64,000 bases of DNA from the NCBI RefSeq assembly GCF_964355755.1, contig NC_092676.1, forward strand, positions 10,145,888 through 10,209,887, given 5' to 3'. A program made the position numbers and the translations under genes. The DNA is from Antedon mediterranea. Its lineage: Eukaryota; Animalia; Echinodermata. Positions 51,651 to 64,000 of this stretch are shown in pieces. Below the pieces are notes generated by a model. It searched no databases. It worked only from the letters and a program-made list of their open reading frames with translations, and was not told the DNA's origin. The stretch's first letter is position 1. The number at the start of each line of letters is the position of its first letter.

Positions 51651-51695
51651 ATTCTTTTGAAATGATAACAATTATTATTTCTTTTACCTTGGCAG

Positions 51696-51778
51696 ACACA
51701 AGTGGCAGTAGTGAACAATACACTGGCACCTCATACAAGAGCAGACCAAGTGCGAGCAGCAGTTGGAATGATCTCTGA
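51696..51778 (+). CDS. Unrecognised Ser-rich protein, terminal exon
   Basis: Pyrimidine tract + ggcag acceptor; phase 1; DTSGSSEQYTGTSYKSRPSASSSWNDL*. Confidence 0.65.
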
Positions 51779-53943
51779 TATTTTTGTAAATAGTAGAGTA
51801 GGTTAAAAGAAAACTGGAAAGCAAGCAAAGATTTCATAGGGCTTGTATTTGAAAATCTATAAGAACAAATTTCTTTTTTGTAGTTTCAGCTTAATTGTTA
51901 CTACATGTAAACCGGTAGGTAGCATTGGTTATGAACATAATTTGTTATTTGGAGGTGTGACTGTCAAATGTTCACACTGCTTTTATGATCCAACCGAAGC
52001 TGATCATTAGCGACCTTCAGAACAATACAGTTTGACAAGACGATTTATAAATATTTATTATATGTTGATAAATAATGTTTCATCTGGACCCAAGGAGGTC
52101 AACTTGAGGCTGTTTTTGCGTTGCAGCTAACAATTGCTCTAAAAACGATTTTAAAAACATTTTATTTTGTGGTTTTTTAAAAGAATGGCTTTAAAGCTGT
52201 ATTCTCCTGCTCAATAGAAAAATGCTCATATTAATAGCATTTTGTTTATATTTCATTTTTCCCCCAAAACTTGTATTTTATTTATTATAGAAAATGGGAC
52301 CATACAAAGTCTTTGAGATGGTTTTAGAAACCTGAATTGATTATGGTCTCGATAGTCAAAACCATTATTGAAAATGGAGCAATTTTTAAATGAAATTTAA
52401 GTTTTGTCTCAATTTTCACTTCAACCTAACAAACTGTTTATGGGTTATTAGAATGCCAAAGAAATTGGTTTTATTAAAAAAAAACCATATTTTTAAAATG
52501 TTGAATGTTCTTTATTGAAATATGTGGAACGCTACGAGAATAAAGAACAAAATCAATATAATAATTAAAATGTACAAAATAAGTGAACAATATCATGAGC
52601 TGTGGTAAAATAAACTGCCTAAAAATGGTGAAATTATTTGGATAATTCACATTTTACATGTTAGATGTGATTTAAAAATATATGTATGTTCTGTTGTCTG
52701 CATTCCTGTGTGTATTTTTCTGTATCACATGTACTTCCTCCCCACATCTCCACTTGCATTGACACATGCATTTCCACATCCTATGTGCATTCTCATGTCC
52801 CATACCTTGTGCATACCCACATCCCAATTGTGATACCATCGACATTCCAAAGTCCCATTCTTATTTACCCTAAGCAGTACAGACAACTATAGTTAAAATT
52901 GTTCTCATTTTTTTGTATACACTATTAGAATTAATACCACCGTATACATTTATGTTATATAAATTTTACCTAAATAATAGTTTTATAATGTCTTTTCTGC
53001 CACTACCTGGATTAAATAGCCCAAAGGCTGATATTTATTTATATATTTATTCAATTCTTTGCAGAATTATAACTTATTTATATTTCTATCTTTCGTCCAC
53101 TAAACTTAGTATTATATTATTTATACTGTGAAATGATAACATGACAAAAATAAGTGATCGTGAAAATAAAGATTCCTCTGTACAACTATTACAGTTCAAA
53201 GATGCTATCAATTGGACTTGACTATACCATGAAAGCCTCATTGGTCTGTGGCATATCAAGCAGAAAGGTTTGAGTCTATTTTCACGCTTGCTGATTTTCT
53301 AATGTTTATCATTACAAAACTATTCCGTCTATATTTATGTCCATCTTTGTGTGGCTAAGTAAAAACAATTATATAGTATTATGTATTATACTGTTTAGTT
53401 TTTTGTTTTATATTTATACTGTAGACAATAATTTGATATTTTTTTAAAGTAGTATAACATTAAGTTATAACAATTAGTTCAGTTACTTAAACTTTTATGT
53501 GTCAACATGTGTGTAGCGTGTCCAATATACTGTATACATTATGCAAATTAGTGCCGCATTATATAAAAATCAACTTTTTTGCCATATGGTGACCGATAAT
53601 ACTAAAGATAACTATTAACAAATGATTTGTTCTTTTAATGATTTAAAGGATAAAAATGTTAAAACAATGAATGTCTTTGAATAGAATATAGAATAGTTTG
53701 ACATTATCCCAGTTATTCTGGGGTGCAATTGTTTCTTGTATTTGACAATGGATTAAGTTGTAAGTCTATCATACAGCAAATAGATGTACGGTCACTCCTG
53801 ATATAAAACTCAATAAAAAAAATGAATTTATTTTATTGTAAACCTGGATTTTTTAATTTTTTTATAATTGAATAACAAAAAAAATGATCACATTAATGAT
53901 CTTTGCCAAATAGCAGGCAAATCAGTGGATTTGTGAGATCATG

Positions 53944-55273
53944 TCAGTGTTAACTTAGTCTCACTTGTGAGGTGTCAGGATTGTATCAGTGGATTTGTGA
54001 GATCATGTTAGTGTTAACATAGTCTCACTTGTGAGGTGTCAAGATTGTTTGTCAGTGTTAACATAGTCTCACTTGTGAGGTGTTAAAATAGTCTCACTTG
54101 TGAGGTGTCAAGATTGTTTGTCGGTGTTAACATAGTCTCACTTGTGAGGTGTCAAGATTGTTTGTCAGTGTTAACATAGTCTCACTTGTGAGGTGTTAAC
54201 ATAGTCTCACTTGTGAGGTGTCAATATTGTTTGTCAGTGTTAACATAGTCTCACTTGTGAGGTGTCAAGATTGTTTGTCGGTGTTAACATAGTCTCACTT
54301 GTGAGGTGTTAACATAGTCTCACTTGTGAGGTGTCAAGATTGTTTGTCAGTGTTAACATAGTCTCACTTGTGAGGTGTCAAGATTGTTTGTCAGTGTTAA
54401 CATAGTCTCACTTGTGAGGTGTCAAGATTGTTTGTCAGTGTTAACATAGTCTCACTTGTGAGGTGTTAACATAGTCTCACTTGTGAGGTGTCAAGATTGT
54501 TTGTCAGTGTTAACATAGTCTCACTTGTGAGGTGTTAACACAGCCTCACTTGTGAGGTGTCAAGATTGTTTGTCAGTGTTAACATAGTCTCACTTGTGAG
54601 GTGTCAAGATTGTTTGTCAGTGTTAACATAGTCTCACTTGTGAGGTGTTAACATAGTCCACTTGTGAGGTGTCAAGATTGTTTGTCAGTGTTAACATAGT
54701 CTCACTTGTGAGGTGTTAACATAGTCTCACTTGTGAGGTGTCAAGATTGTTTGTCAGTGTTAACATAGTCTCACTTGTGAGGTGTTAACATAGTCTCACT
54801 TGTGAGGTGTCAAGATTGTTTGTCAGTGTTAACATAGTCTCACTTGTGAGGTGTCAAGATTGTTTGTCAGTGTTAACATAGTCTCACTTGTGAGGTGTTA
54901 ACATAGTCTCACTTGTGAGGTGTCAAGATTGTTTGTCAGTGTTAACATAGTCTCACTTGTGAGGTGTAAAGATTGTTTGTCAGTGTTAACATAGTCTCAC
55001 TTGTGAGGTGTCAAGATTGTTTGTCAGTGTTAACATAGTCTCACTTGTGAGGTGTCAAGATTGTTTGTCAGTGTTAACATAGTCTCACTTGTGAGGTGTT
55101 AACATAGTCTCACTTGTGAGGTGTCAAGATTGTTTGTCAGTGTTAACATAGTCTCACTTGTGAGGTGTAAAGATTGTTTGTCAGTGTTAACATAGTCTCA
55201 CTTGTGAGGTGTTAACATAGTCTCACTTGTGAGGTGAATAACATAGTCTCACTTGTGAGGTGTCAAGATTGTT
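53944..55273. repeat. Minisatellite of interleaved 25-bp and 44-bp units
   Basis: Core GTGTTAACATAGTCTCACTTGTGAG (25 bp), with or without the 19-bp extension GTGTCAAGATTGTTTGTCA. Confidence 0.97.
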
Positions 55274-57957
55274 TCACTTATATTATATCAGCAAACAAAT
55301 CCAGTTGAAAACATGAAAAGTGTCATTCATAAAGTGGCATTCAATTTTTTTTATTTCTAAAGCTCTGTCTACACTATTAATTTTTATGTGACAAACAAAT
55401 GTGATGTGCCCAGATATGGACATGATGATGTCATATCACTACCATATTTGAATTTGGGCATATCACACTTTTTTGTTAAACTAGTTTGATAGTGTAGAAA
55501 CTATGATTAATGTAAAAATAGTCTTATTACCTTTTGAATCAATACATAACCTTCAGTTATATACATATTTCATAGTTTTTTTTATGTGTGTGCTATTTCC
55601 ATGGCAACATAATTGCATATTTTTTGTTTTCAATAATGATGAAAGGAAATCTAATTTATCGTGGCGTATCAAATCAAAAGGCCACGTATAATGAACTGAA
55701 AATATTGCTTTTAGTTGATGTCTATATCTTGCTAACAAATAAAATAATTTATGGCTAGGTATACACAGCCATTGTGTCACTCAATGTTAAAATTCATTAG
55801 ATTTTACTATACAATCATTAATCATTAAATTCTAGATATAAATTACCTACAACTCTGAACAATATTTATTAAAAATTTCATACGCATGCAAGAGCGAGTA
55901 ACTCTCGCCAATTACAGTATGGATAAACTGTTTAATAATTTATTGTGCTTAAACTAAATCTTTTTTGAGGCTTAAGGTGTGGAGTCATACAACCCTGTCA
56001 CTTGATCAAGCAACATATCATGGCGCTCAGCTGAGGAATAACCTACACAATAATCTGAAAATTCAAATACTCTTAAAATCTTTAAAGACAATGTGTAATT
56101 TAATAACAAAAATGTGTCCTTGTGTCCTTGTGTTGTTGTTGGTCTAATTTACTAACTTTATTTATTTTTTTTAATCTTGATTTTAATTTATATTACAATA
56201 CTTTGTGTTACAATATTATACTGCATCGTGGAAGAACACCTTTCTGGTGAAGGTTTCTTTCTGTTGCAAAAATAAAGATTTTATCATTATTATTATAACA
56301 GCTCCACTACTACTATTATCTGGGCATATTCCAATGATTGTTGAGACAAGTCCAAATGTGACCACTAAAACATTCGCCTCAAAACTGCCTTTTGAATTTT
56401 AAGTTTTTCTTTAAAAACATAGTACAGTATTTTTAATCCACAAAATGACCATATTAATAAATAAAATATTTTTCTTTACACTTTCCGTGACGTTACTGGT
56501 TGTATTTGTGGGGATTTGTGTAAATAGGAAATCAATAACTTTCCTGTACAAAATAGGTAATTCCCCTTTGAGTTTGGTAATAAAAAGATTTAGTACAATT
56601 ATACTTACTACAAAGTAGTAGTTCATACTTTATAAAAGATATGAATCATTATGTAAATTGTATTCTGAAAACCAAACAAAAACTAGACGTACGGTAGGTC
56701 CTATTTGGGCTATACCAGATCAAGGGTGCCCAGAGTTGTACATCACCTTGTATTACAACTATACATTAACTAGTTTTGGGTCACCTTGTTTACGTTATTG
56801 ATATGTGTGTGGTACTGGGTATGTTTAACTAGTGATCCTGCCCTCCTCCGTATAGCTAGTCATAAAGATTCAAAATGGAAACAAGTCTTGTGGCAATCCA
56901 ACAACAAATAAATAAAAGTACAAAACTACACAAAATCTGAGTGTTGACTTTAAACATTGCAATCATTTTATTTATTCAAGTTATTCTTTATTGAACAACT
57001 CTCTGTGGAAAGAACTCATTTATCTGTGTACAGAAAATTGTATCTCACAATAATTGGCATGGAAAAATAAATAAATAAAAAGCATGTATAATAATTATTC
57101 AAAGATACACTAATATATTTTTAAGAATAGAATAGTTATTCACTTTGATAAAAACTATACATATTGGTCTGAAAATAAATTAACCAATTGTCTCAAAGAC
57201 AACAGAATTTTGAATAAACTTTAACTATTTATTTTATCTTTTTATTTAAGTGATGACTGTAAAATGACCAATTTAAAGGCTGATTTTGTTAATCTTCATT
57301 TTTCATGTTTAAGTCAATAAGGAAACATGCAGTATACTGTAGTAGAAATTTCTAGCCTTAAAATTGTCAAGGTAATTATTTTGTTTTGTGTGAATAAGGT
57401 ACGTATTTATAAATCTGAGTGGATACAAACATAATAGAAGAGTCAAACTAAGGACACATGTCAAAAAAGAAAAAAGCAGTACAATATTGATGCATCTTTA
57501 CTAGCTGCCCGTTTCAGATTAGGGTACAAACTAGGGCTGTTTGCCATTGAGATTCTAAATGTCGGTGATTCTGCTTACTTTCTAATCTTGTAGATCATCC
57601 AGGGGTGTTGGGCTAAAAATCAGTGGGGTTAGATTCTGAGTGTATGGTACAGCTTACTCACAACAGTCAAATGCACCACTAGTCTGTCCAGTTTCAAGAT
57701 CTGAAATCTGAAAACACTATTAAACTTGACTCCGCCTTGTTACTCATGGAATATTCTAACCATTCACCTCATAAACATTCCTTGTTTGTATACGTATGAT
57801 AATAAGGATGTTTGTGTACTATTGATAAGTAATAAATTAATATTCTTTAAGAGCTGTGCAAAAATTTAATCATGCGAGTTCTAGTAGAAAACCAGTGTTA
57901 AAAATAAGAAATAATACTATTTATATACTATAATTTGTTTAAAAATCTGTTTTAAAA

Positions 57958-58116
57958 TTAACGAGATTGATGGAAGGAAAATGCATCACAGCCTCGTACA
58001 GTGCTCGGTGATTTATAGCTAATATCGTGAAACGTCTCGGGTACATCAAGTTCTGGGTCAGTTTTTGCTTTCTTTACGGCATCATCCACTTCACCTCTGA
58101 CCTCCAAATCAATTTT
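57958..58116 (-). CDS. PDHA1: Pyruvate dehydrogenase E1 alpha, last exon
   Basis: tttcag acceptor; KIDLEVRGEVDDAVKKAKTDPEL...VRGCDAFSFHQSR*. Confidence 0.9.
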   Translation of the reverse strand, partial: KIDLEVRGEVDDAVKKAKTDPELDVPETFHDISYKSPSTVRGCDAFSFHQSR

Positions 58117-58325
58117 CTGAAATGAAAATAGAATGTATATAAAAACGTTTTATAAATAATTTAATTAATAATACAAATATTTAACTTTAGGTTTTTGAAA
58201 TGAAAAAAAAAAACAAACTATAAAATAGATAAATACAGTAATCCAGATTAATGACAACAAGCATATAAAATAATCTTTAAATCGGTATTCTCTTGCTAGA
58301 AATGGGCCATATAATAAATAATGAA

Positions 58326-58545
58326 GGTGTGTGGCGCCAAGTGTTAGACGTTGGACTACCGATGGTGAGTTTGAATCCGACACTTATGTTTGCCTCTCTC
58401 CACCCAGGTGTACAAAGGGAAAGGTCAAATAACAACTACGCTGATTAATAGCTGAAATATGGGAATATGTTTCCATGTGCGTTTGATCCAAAAATTACCG
58501 GGGCAATAACACAAAGTACTTTTTGCATTAAGTGCTTAAGAACGA
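58326..58545 (+). mobile_element. Degenerate tRNA-derived SINE in a PDHA1 intron
   Basis: A-box-like TGGCGCCAAGTGTTAG and B-box-like GAGTTTGAATCC, followed by the SINE-like core CTCTCCACCCAGGTGTA. Confidence 0.5.
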
Positions 58546-58575
58546 CATTGTTGTAGTAAATAAAACATTCCTCAC

Positions 58576-58752
58576 CTTCAGCTCTTCAGCTGTAACAAGG
58601 TCATTCGATGTAATTCGCTCCTTGAAATTTGTAATTGGATCCCTTTGTTGACGAATTTCCTGAATTTCATCCCTAGTACGATAACTTGTTCCCGGGTCAC
58701 TCATACTATGACCATAGTAACGGTACGTTTCAACTTCCATAACTAATGGACC
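58576..58752 (-). CDS. PDHA1: PDH E1 alpha exon (phosphorylation loop)
   Basis: [38 protein letters not shown]; AG/GT-bounded, 177 nt. Confidence 0.97.
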
Positions 58753-59223
58753 CTGTATTTAAAAATAATTATACAACGGTTTGTATTTGATTCCATAATT
58801 AGTAAGGAAATTATATCACCAAATAACTTGACTAAACAACCACTGAAAAGTATGAACAACTCTCCAATAAGAAAACTTTTATTTGAAGCACTTAAGTTGG
58901 TTGATCTAACAGACCAAAACCTGGCCTAGAAAACTACTAATTCAACTAGAAAGACTATTGGAAACAAAACAGGTCAGATAAAACTATGAAAGATATATTG
59001 TCAAGGTCCCCCTGAATTTCTTTTTTTAATATTCCATTTAATGTCACATAATATTGATTAACTTTTACCAAAAATTATTTACCTGAAAAAAACTGTAATT
59101 TAAAGCAAAAAAAATCATTTTTAATTGATTTTAATTGTTTGTCATGTTTTTCGGGAGAAAATACATTTTAAACAAATACATTCCAATACGTTGACACCAT
59201 TCATTATAAATAAGTAATATTAC

Positions 59224-59295
59224 CTTGCCTGCTCTACAATATTCAGTTGCCCATCTCATTGCTTCCCTGACTGCTAAAACATCCATGCCATCAAC
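59224..59295 (-). CDS. PDHA1: PDH E1 alpha exon
   Basis: VDGMDVLAVREAMRWATEYCRAGK; 72 nt; AG/GT-bounded. Confidence 0.96.
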
Positions 59296-59521
59296 CTGCA
59301 ACAGCAAAACCCAGTTTACAGATACAAAATGACCTCTTATGTGCAATTGTCTAGCCCATGTTTTTCATATCTCTACAAAAATGCTTTACTTTTATTCCCT
59401 CAACCCTAGGATGGGATGTTAAGCTGTATAGGTACATTATACAGTAATTAGTAGGAGAATCACTTAAAGTATGCAATAGTAGGTGGGAACATAGCTTGAT
59501 GTACTGTGCAGCTAAACTCAC

Positions 59522-59770
59522 CCAGAGACCAGGAACATAATCGCCTCTAGAATAATAGTCAGTAGAAGCAGAAGCCCTATCCACTGCAGTACCCATACCA
59601 AACTTGTTGTTTTCACAGACAAAGATACATGGCAAGTCCCACAGCTTGGATATATTGTATGCTTCAAAGATCTGGCCTTGATTTGCAGCCCCATCTCCAT
59701 ACAATGCTACACAGACATTTTTTGTGTTGTTGTACTTTTGAGCTAGGGCAACTCCTGCTCCAAGCGGTAC
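59522..59770 (-). CDS. PDHA1: PDH E1 alpha exon (TPP-binding motif)
   Basis: [10 protein letters not shown]...[17 protein letters not shown]...[16 protein letters not shown]...RGDYVPGLW; 249 nt. Confidence 0.97.
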
Positions 59771-60294
59771 CTATAAATGAATGAGTGAAAAACGATTGTA
59801 GGCCTACTCTGTGGCTGAAGTTGGCCTATATTAGGGGGTTGGATTAATATGTTCGTGCATGGGATAACACTTATTATACAGTAACACTCTCAATTTAAAG
59901 CAAAGCTTACATACAGTGCTTTTTAACCACTATTGTATCAAAGTTACTACCATATAATGGTCATCATCTATTTCAACCTTTTGATATACCAATGTCCCAT
60001 TGTATTACCATATATGACATGATATGAGTACACTCCCAGGGGGCCGAGGTTTTAACAGTTGGTTAAAATAAGGGTGTATGATTACATATACAGTTATTCA
60101 GATTATAAATCACAAAATGAAAGGTTTGTATTTCTTCACTATGTTTGTAAATTTGAATAACAAGAATAACAAAAAAAATAAAAAATCTATGCTCTTAATA
60201 ACCGGCATTGTTAGAACTTGCTTTTGTGATTTCATTGTGTAGTCGTATTTTTATGGTTTGACTTTAAAATAACATTACAGCTAGCATGACTCAC

Positions 60295-60386
60295 CTGAGC
60301 TCCGACAATACCATTTCCTCCATAGAAATTTTTTGTGTACATATGCATAGAACCACCTTTCCCCCTTTGAATACCAGTTGATCGAC
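60295..60386 (-). CDS. PDHA1: PDH E1 alpha exon
   Basis: [31 protein letters not shown]; 92 nt; phase 1 to 0. Confidence 0.97.
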
Positions 60387-63020
60387 CTACAAAACAAAAA
60401 ATACAAGAAATGTATAATTATATTTTTTCTGATACAGTAAATTACATACTGTATTTATTTGAATAAATGCCCCGCCGCGTTATGAAACAATACAACACAA
60501 TTTATATCAAGAAGTGATAAAATACAGTAAAAATTGTAATTGGCAATAACATTTTGTGTATATATGCGAGGAGGAGGAAATAAACGCAGTGAGGAGTTTA
60601 TTTGATTTAATTTTTATTTAAATATTGTACTGTACCATTGATATTATTTATTATAAATGATATAAACTATAGTTGATTCCTTCCACTCTACGCTTTTTTG
60701 TAATTATATATTTATACTATGGCAAAATAAACCCTGCTAGATGGGGTTTTCCCTTTCCCTTTTGAAAGCAATGCCAAAAAAAGTACACACCTGATGCTCA
60801 AACATCACATTCATTTAGACTAGACAAAAAGTAGTGAGCCCTCTAGCGGTCATTTGTGATTTCTGAGATTCATCGAAGCGCGACAACATCACCTGGAAAT
60901 GTTGTGAATTTAAAATTTTAATAGGGTTAAACTCTTTTAACCAATTGAAAGCCTTAATTTATAGTTCCTTATGAATAATTCATGAGAATAATTAAAGCAA
61001 GGGTTGAAGAAGCATGTGACTTGGCTTTTGTATTGGATAGCAGTTATGATCGTGTCAGGTAATCATTGAATTTGCTCTTCTTTTTGTTAGATTTTACGGT
61101 TTTTATCAATAATAATATTGTACATTTTTACGAGACCATAAAAAAATTCCTCAATTTTTGAGTAAAGGAGTGACTAAATAAAAAGTTACTATGTAATGTA
61201 AATATTCGTTTGACAAAAAATGGGCATGTTGATATTTTCAGGTATTTTTTAAATGGCGATTGAAATAGGTAAACAAATCACATGTATAACGGTGGTTTGT
61301 GCGAAGCTGGGCCTAGCCTTGATGGTCCAACGCGTACTGCGTGTTAATCAATGCGTATAGATATACACGTAGTCGTTTAGGCCAATTTTTAACATGTTTA
61401 TTTATTAATATTAGGCCCCATTCTCATTTATTTTAATTAATGTACTGAATGTACCACACTTTACAACTCTATATAAATTAGATTTTGTACTTGTATTAAA
61501 TTCAAACGTTTTATGGGATTTAAAACCTTAAGCTAGGCCTATTAGTAGGCCTAGGACCATAGGCTAGGTTTTTCAGCCTAATTTATCATGCAGTATACCT
61601 CTAGCCCATCTTTAAAATACATATTTAAATTAACATACTTTTTATATTTCTATATTTTTTATAGGATCTGACTCCAGAAAACATTTGCATCACTTGAAAG
61701 CGGCTATTTATGGACAGCATGTTGACATTCAAAAAAATTTGACCAGCTCTTATTAATTAAATGTCTTTTAAATTAAAGGTTTTCATTATAAAGAAATGTA
61801 CGGTAAAAGAAATTTAAATGATTCTCATAATTGAGGTTTCTCATAGATTTAATATTGAAGGTAAATAAATAAAGCTGTTTCTTATTCTTGCCTTTAGAAA
61901 TAAACATGTTGTTAGTACTATATTATTATTAGGCCTAGGCCATTATACAAATTAAAACTAAAAAAATACAGTAATCATATTTAAGGCCTACACAGCAGTA
62001 CCTTATTTGATTTGATTTTTTTCAAATATTTAATTTATGAAATAAATGAGTTTGACTTTTCAATTAGTTGCCATTTTATTAGTTTCTGTGTGTTTTTATT
62101 TATATTCTTAAAATAATTGTATACAACAACTTTAAAGTATTGCGAAGAAGTGATCAAATTATAGTCTTTGTATGTTATGGTCGCTTAAAATTATGCAGTT
62201 AAAGTATTTGATTTTAGGGTAACAGAAACGGTTAGGCAAGAAAAGAAATAAATTTGGGAATTTTGTTATGCGGTAAAAACAATTAAACATAATTTACCCC
62301 TAATGCATGTAAATGTAGAAAACATTGCTTATGTTAGCGCGACCGAAACTCGCTACTGGGAATAGAGCCTGCAAAAGCGACGCGTACACACCTACTCGGG
62401 CACCGGCGGAGCGCGATCGATAGTAAATATACCCGACTTCAAATGATCATAAAATTCGTTTAAAAAATATCAACATTTTGATTTTTTGAGGATTAAAAGT
62501 AAAGATATTGAAATTTAACATAATATTTACAAATATGTATTTAAAAATTTGTAAACAATTTTAGCGTGATATTAAAACAAACGTTTTAGAGTTCCACGAT
62601 TTCGCACGCAGGATTTGTTTGTTTTCATTGTTAATGGGCGAATTTTACCTACAGTAAACTAGAATCGTTATAAATCTTTTAAATTTGTATTATAAGTAAT
62701 TTCTTTAGTATTCTTAGTAACATCGAATGTCTCTAATTAACTAGCAGTTATTTATACTAACTATTGTTCAATAATAAGCGTGTATGAAGTGAAAATCTAT
62801 AGTAATAATGTTCTTAGTCAGTTCGTCTTGCTCGCGTGAAGTCTTCGGGTTTCTCAATAAAATTCTCCGGTTAGATAGGCTCGCGCTAACGTTTAAATCA
62901 AAAGCGCTCTCAAAACACTTTTTGTCCAAAATTCGCAATATGACGTGAGTGTGATATCTCACTGTAAAGTGAAATGTCTTAACAAGCGCTTGAAACATAA
63001 AGTTGGAAATACTAAATTAC

Positions 63021-63147
63021 CTGTAAGCTCTGCAAGAATTTGATGAACACTAACGCCCATCAAGTAGGTCCAACCGTGACAACGATATGCTGTAATGATG
63101 TGATCATCATCTGTCATGGATGCTTTCATTCCAACAGCACAAGCCTC
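63021..63147 (-). CDS. PDHA1: PDH E1 alpha exon
   Basis: [31 protein letters not shown]...ILAELT; 127 nt. Confidence 0.96.
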
Positions 63148-63685
63148 CTGTTACAAACAATATATTAACAACATTTTTGAGAGAGAAATCAACACTACGA
63201 ACACTGATTCAATTCAATTCAATTCAAAATTCTTTAATCATCCCACACGGGGCAATTCAAATAAAAAGGTCTGGATTAAAATGATCTTACAAAATATACA
63301 AAAAATCACAATACACAGAACAAAATAGAAAAAAAGTCAAGTCAAGGTTCAAGATGGTATTTTTATTTAATTTTAATGATATTATCATTATGTTTTAAAC
63401 TTATAAAATCGCAGAACAAAATTTTGAAGATGGAAATATCAATGCACACAAGCTGATAATACTGTATGAATGAAACAATGAATGAAACAGGCTTATATCC
63501 CACTCTCCACTATCTATCAAATCCAAAGTTCACTTTACTTACTTTATTTTTTTAAATGTCTCATATCAAACATGAATTTTTTGTTACTGATTGATGGATA
63601 CTAATTGGAGTGACTTTTATTTAGTCACAGTGTTTGAAAAGTTTTAAACTTTACTCAATATTTTTGACTTAAAATACTACTGTAC

Positions 63686-63928
63686 CTGTCCTGAATAAAG
63701 ATGTAAAAATCCACGAATTTCCTTAGACTTGTACAGATTACTTGCGGCCGTTTCCATTCGACGAATAACTTGCATTTTACGATAGATATCTAAAGCATCA
63801 TCTCGGTTCAGGGTGACTTCGGAGGATGGTCCCGACTCAAGTTTATGGAGTTTGCAATCTTGGGTGGTAAATTTGGCTTCTTGAGCGCCATTGGTGTATG
63901 AACGACACATAGCTAATGTTGCTCTATG
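63686..63928 (-). CDS. PDHA1: PDH E1 alpha exon (first in window; start codon exon probably right of the window)
   Basis: CKLHKLESGP...IYRKMQVIRRMETAASNLYKSKEIRGFLHLYSGQ; in-frame ttatag acceptor at 63929; CAG|gtac donor. Confidence 0.93.
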
Positions 63929-64000
63929 CTATAACAAATAAAAACCTTGCCTGTTAATTTAATTAGGAATTTTGTATTAATAAATACATATTAATAATAA

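Noticed and set aside
53944-55273. CRISPR-like array with palindromic repeats
   Set aside because: The sequences between repeats are identical or absent rather than unique spacers; the context is eukaryotic and there are no cas genes.
60700-62990. Possible transposon in the long PDHA1 intron
   Set aside because: Has TE-like CpG patches, but I could not identify paired termini, a TSD or a coding remnant.

Overview
AT-rich, intron-containing animal genomic DNA (probably an invertebrate deuterostome; this is an inference, not something the sequence proves). There are no prokaryotic features and no CRISPR array. By manual splicing I can support five genes: the first coding exon of Ku70/XRCC6 (- strand, continuing off the left edge); a complete 3-exon LMO2 (+); a complete 6-coding-exon IFTAP/NWC/C11orf74 (-), with a GC-AG intron; an unrecognised Ser-rich multi-exon gene (+, about 45-51.8 kb); and most of PDHA1 (-, continuing off the right edge). 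The most interesting point is that IFTAP/NWC, whose first intron holds RAG1/RAG2 in jawed vertebrates, sits here tail-to-tail with LMO2 and near Ku70. It has no RAG genes, but its inferred first intron is filled by a nested, ~4.3-kb palindrome made of two inverted ~2-kb Foldback/Mutator-like elements, each with a perfect 8-bp TSD. Upstream of IFTAP (23-38 kb) lies a nest of non-autonomous transposons (MULE-like, hAT-like, Ginger-like, Kolobok-like) and a decayed Penelope-like retroelement with a minimal hammerhead-ribozyme-like motif. There is also a tandem array of three Helentron-like elements and three minisatellites. All homology calls are from memory of reference proteins and element structures, not from database searches.
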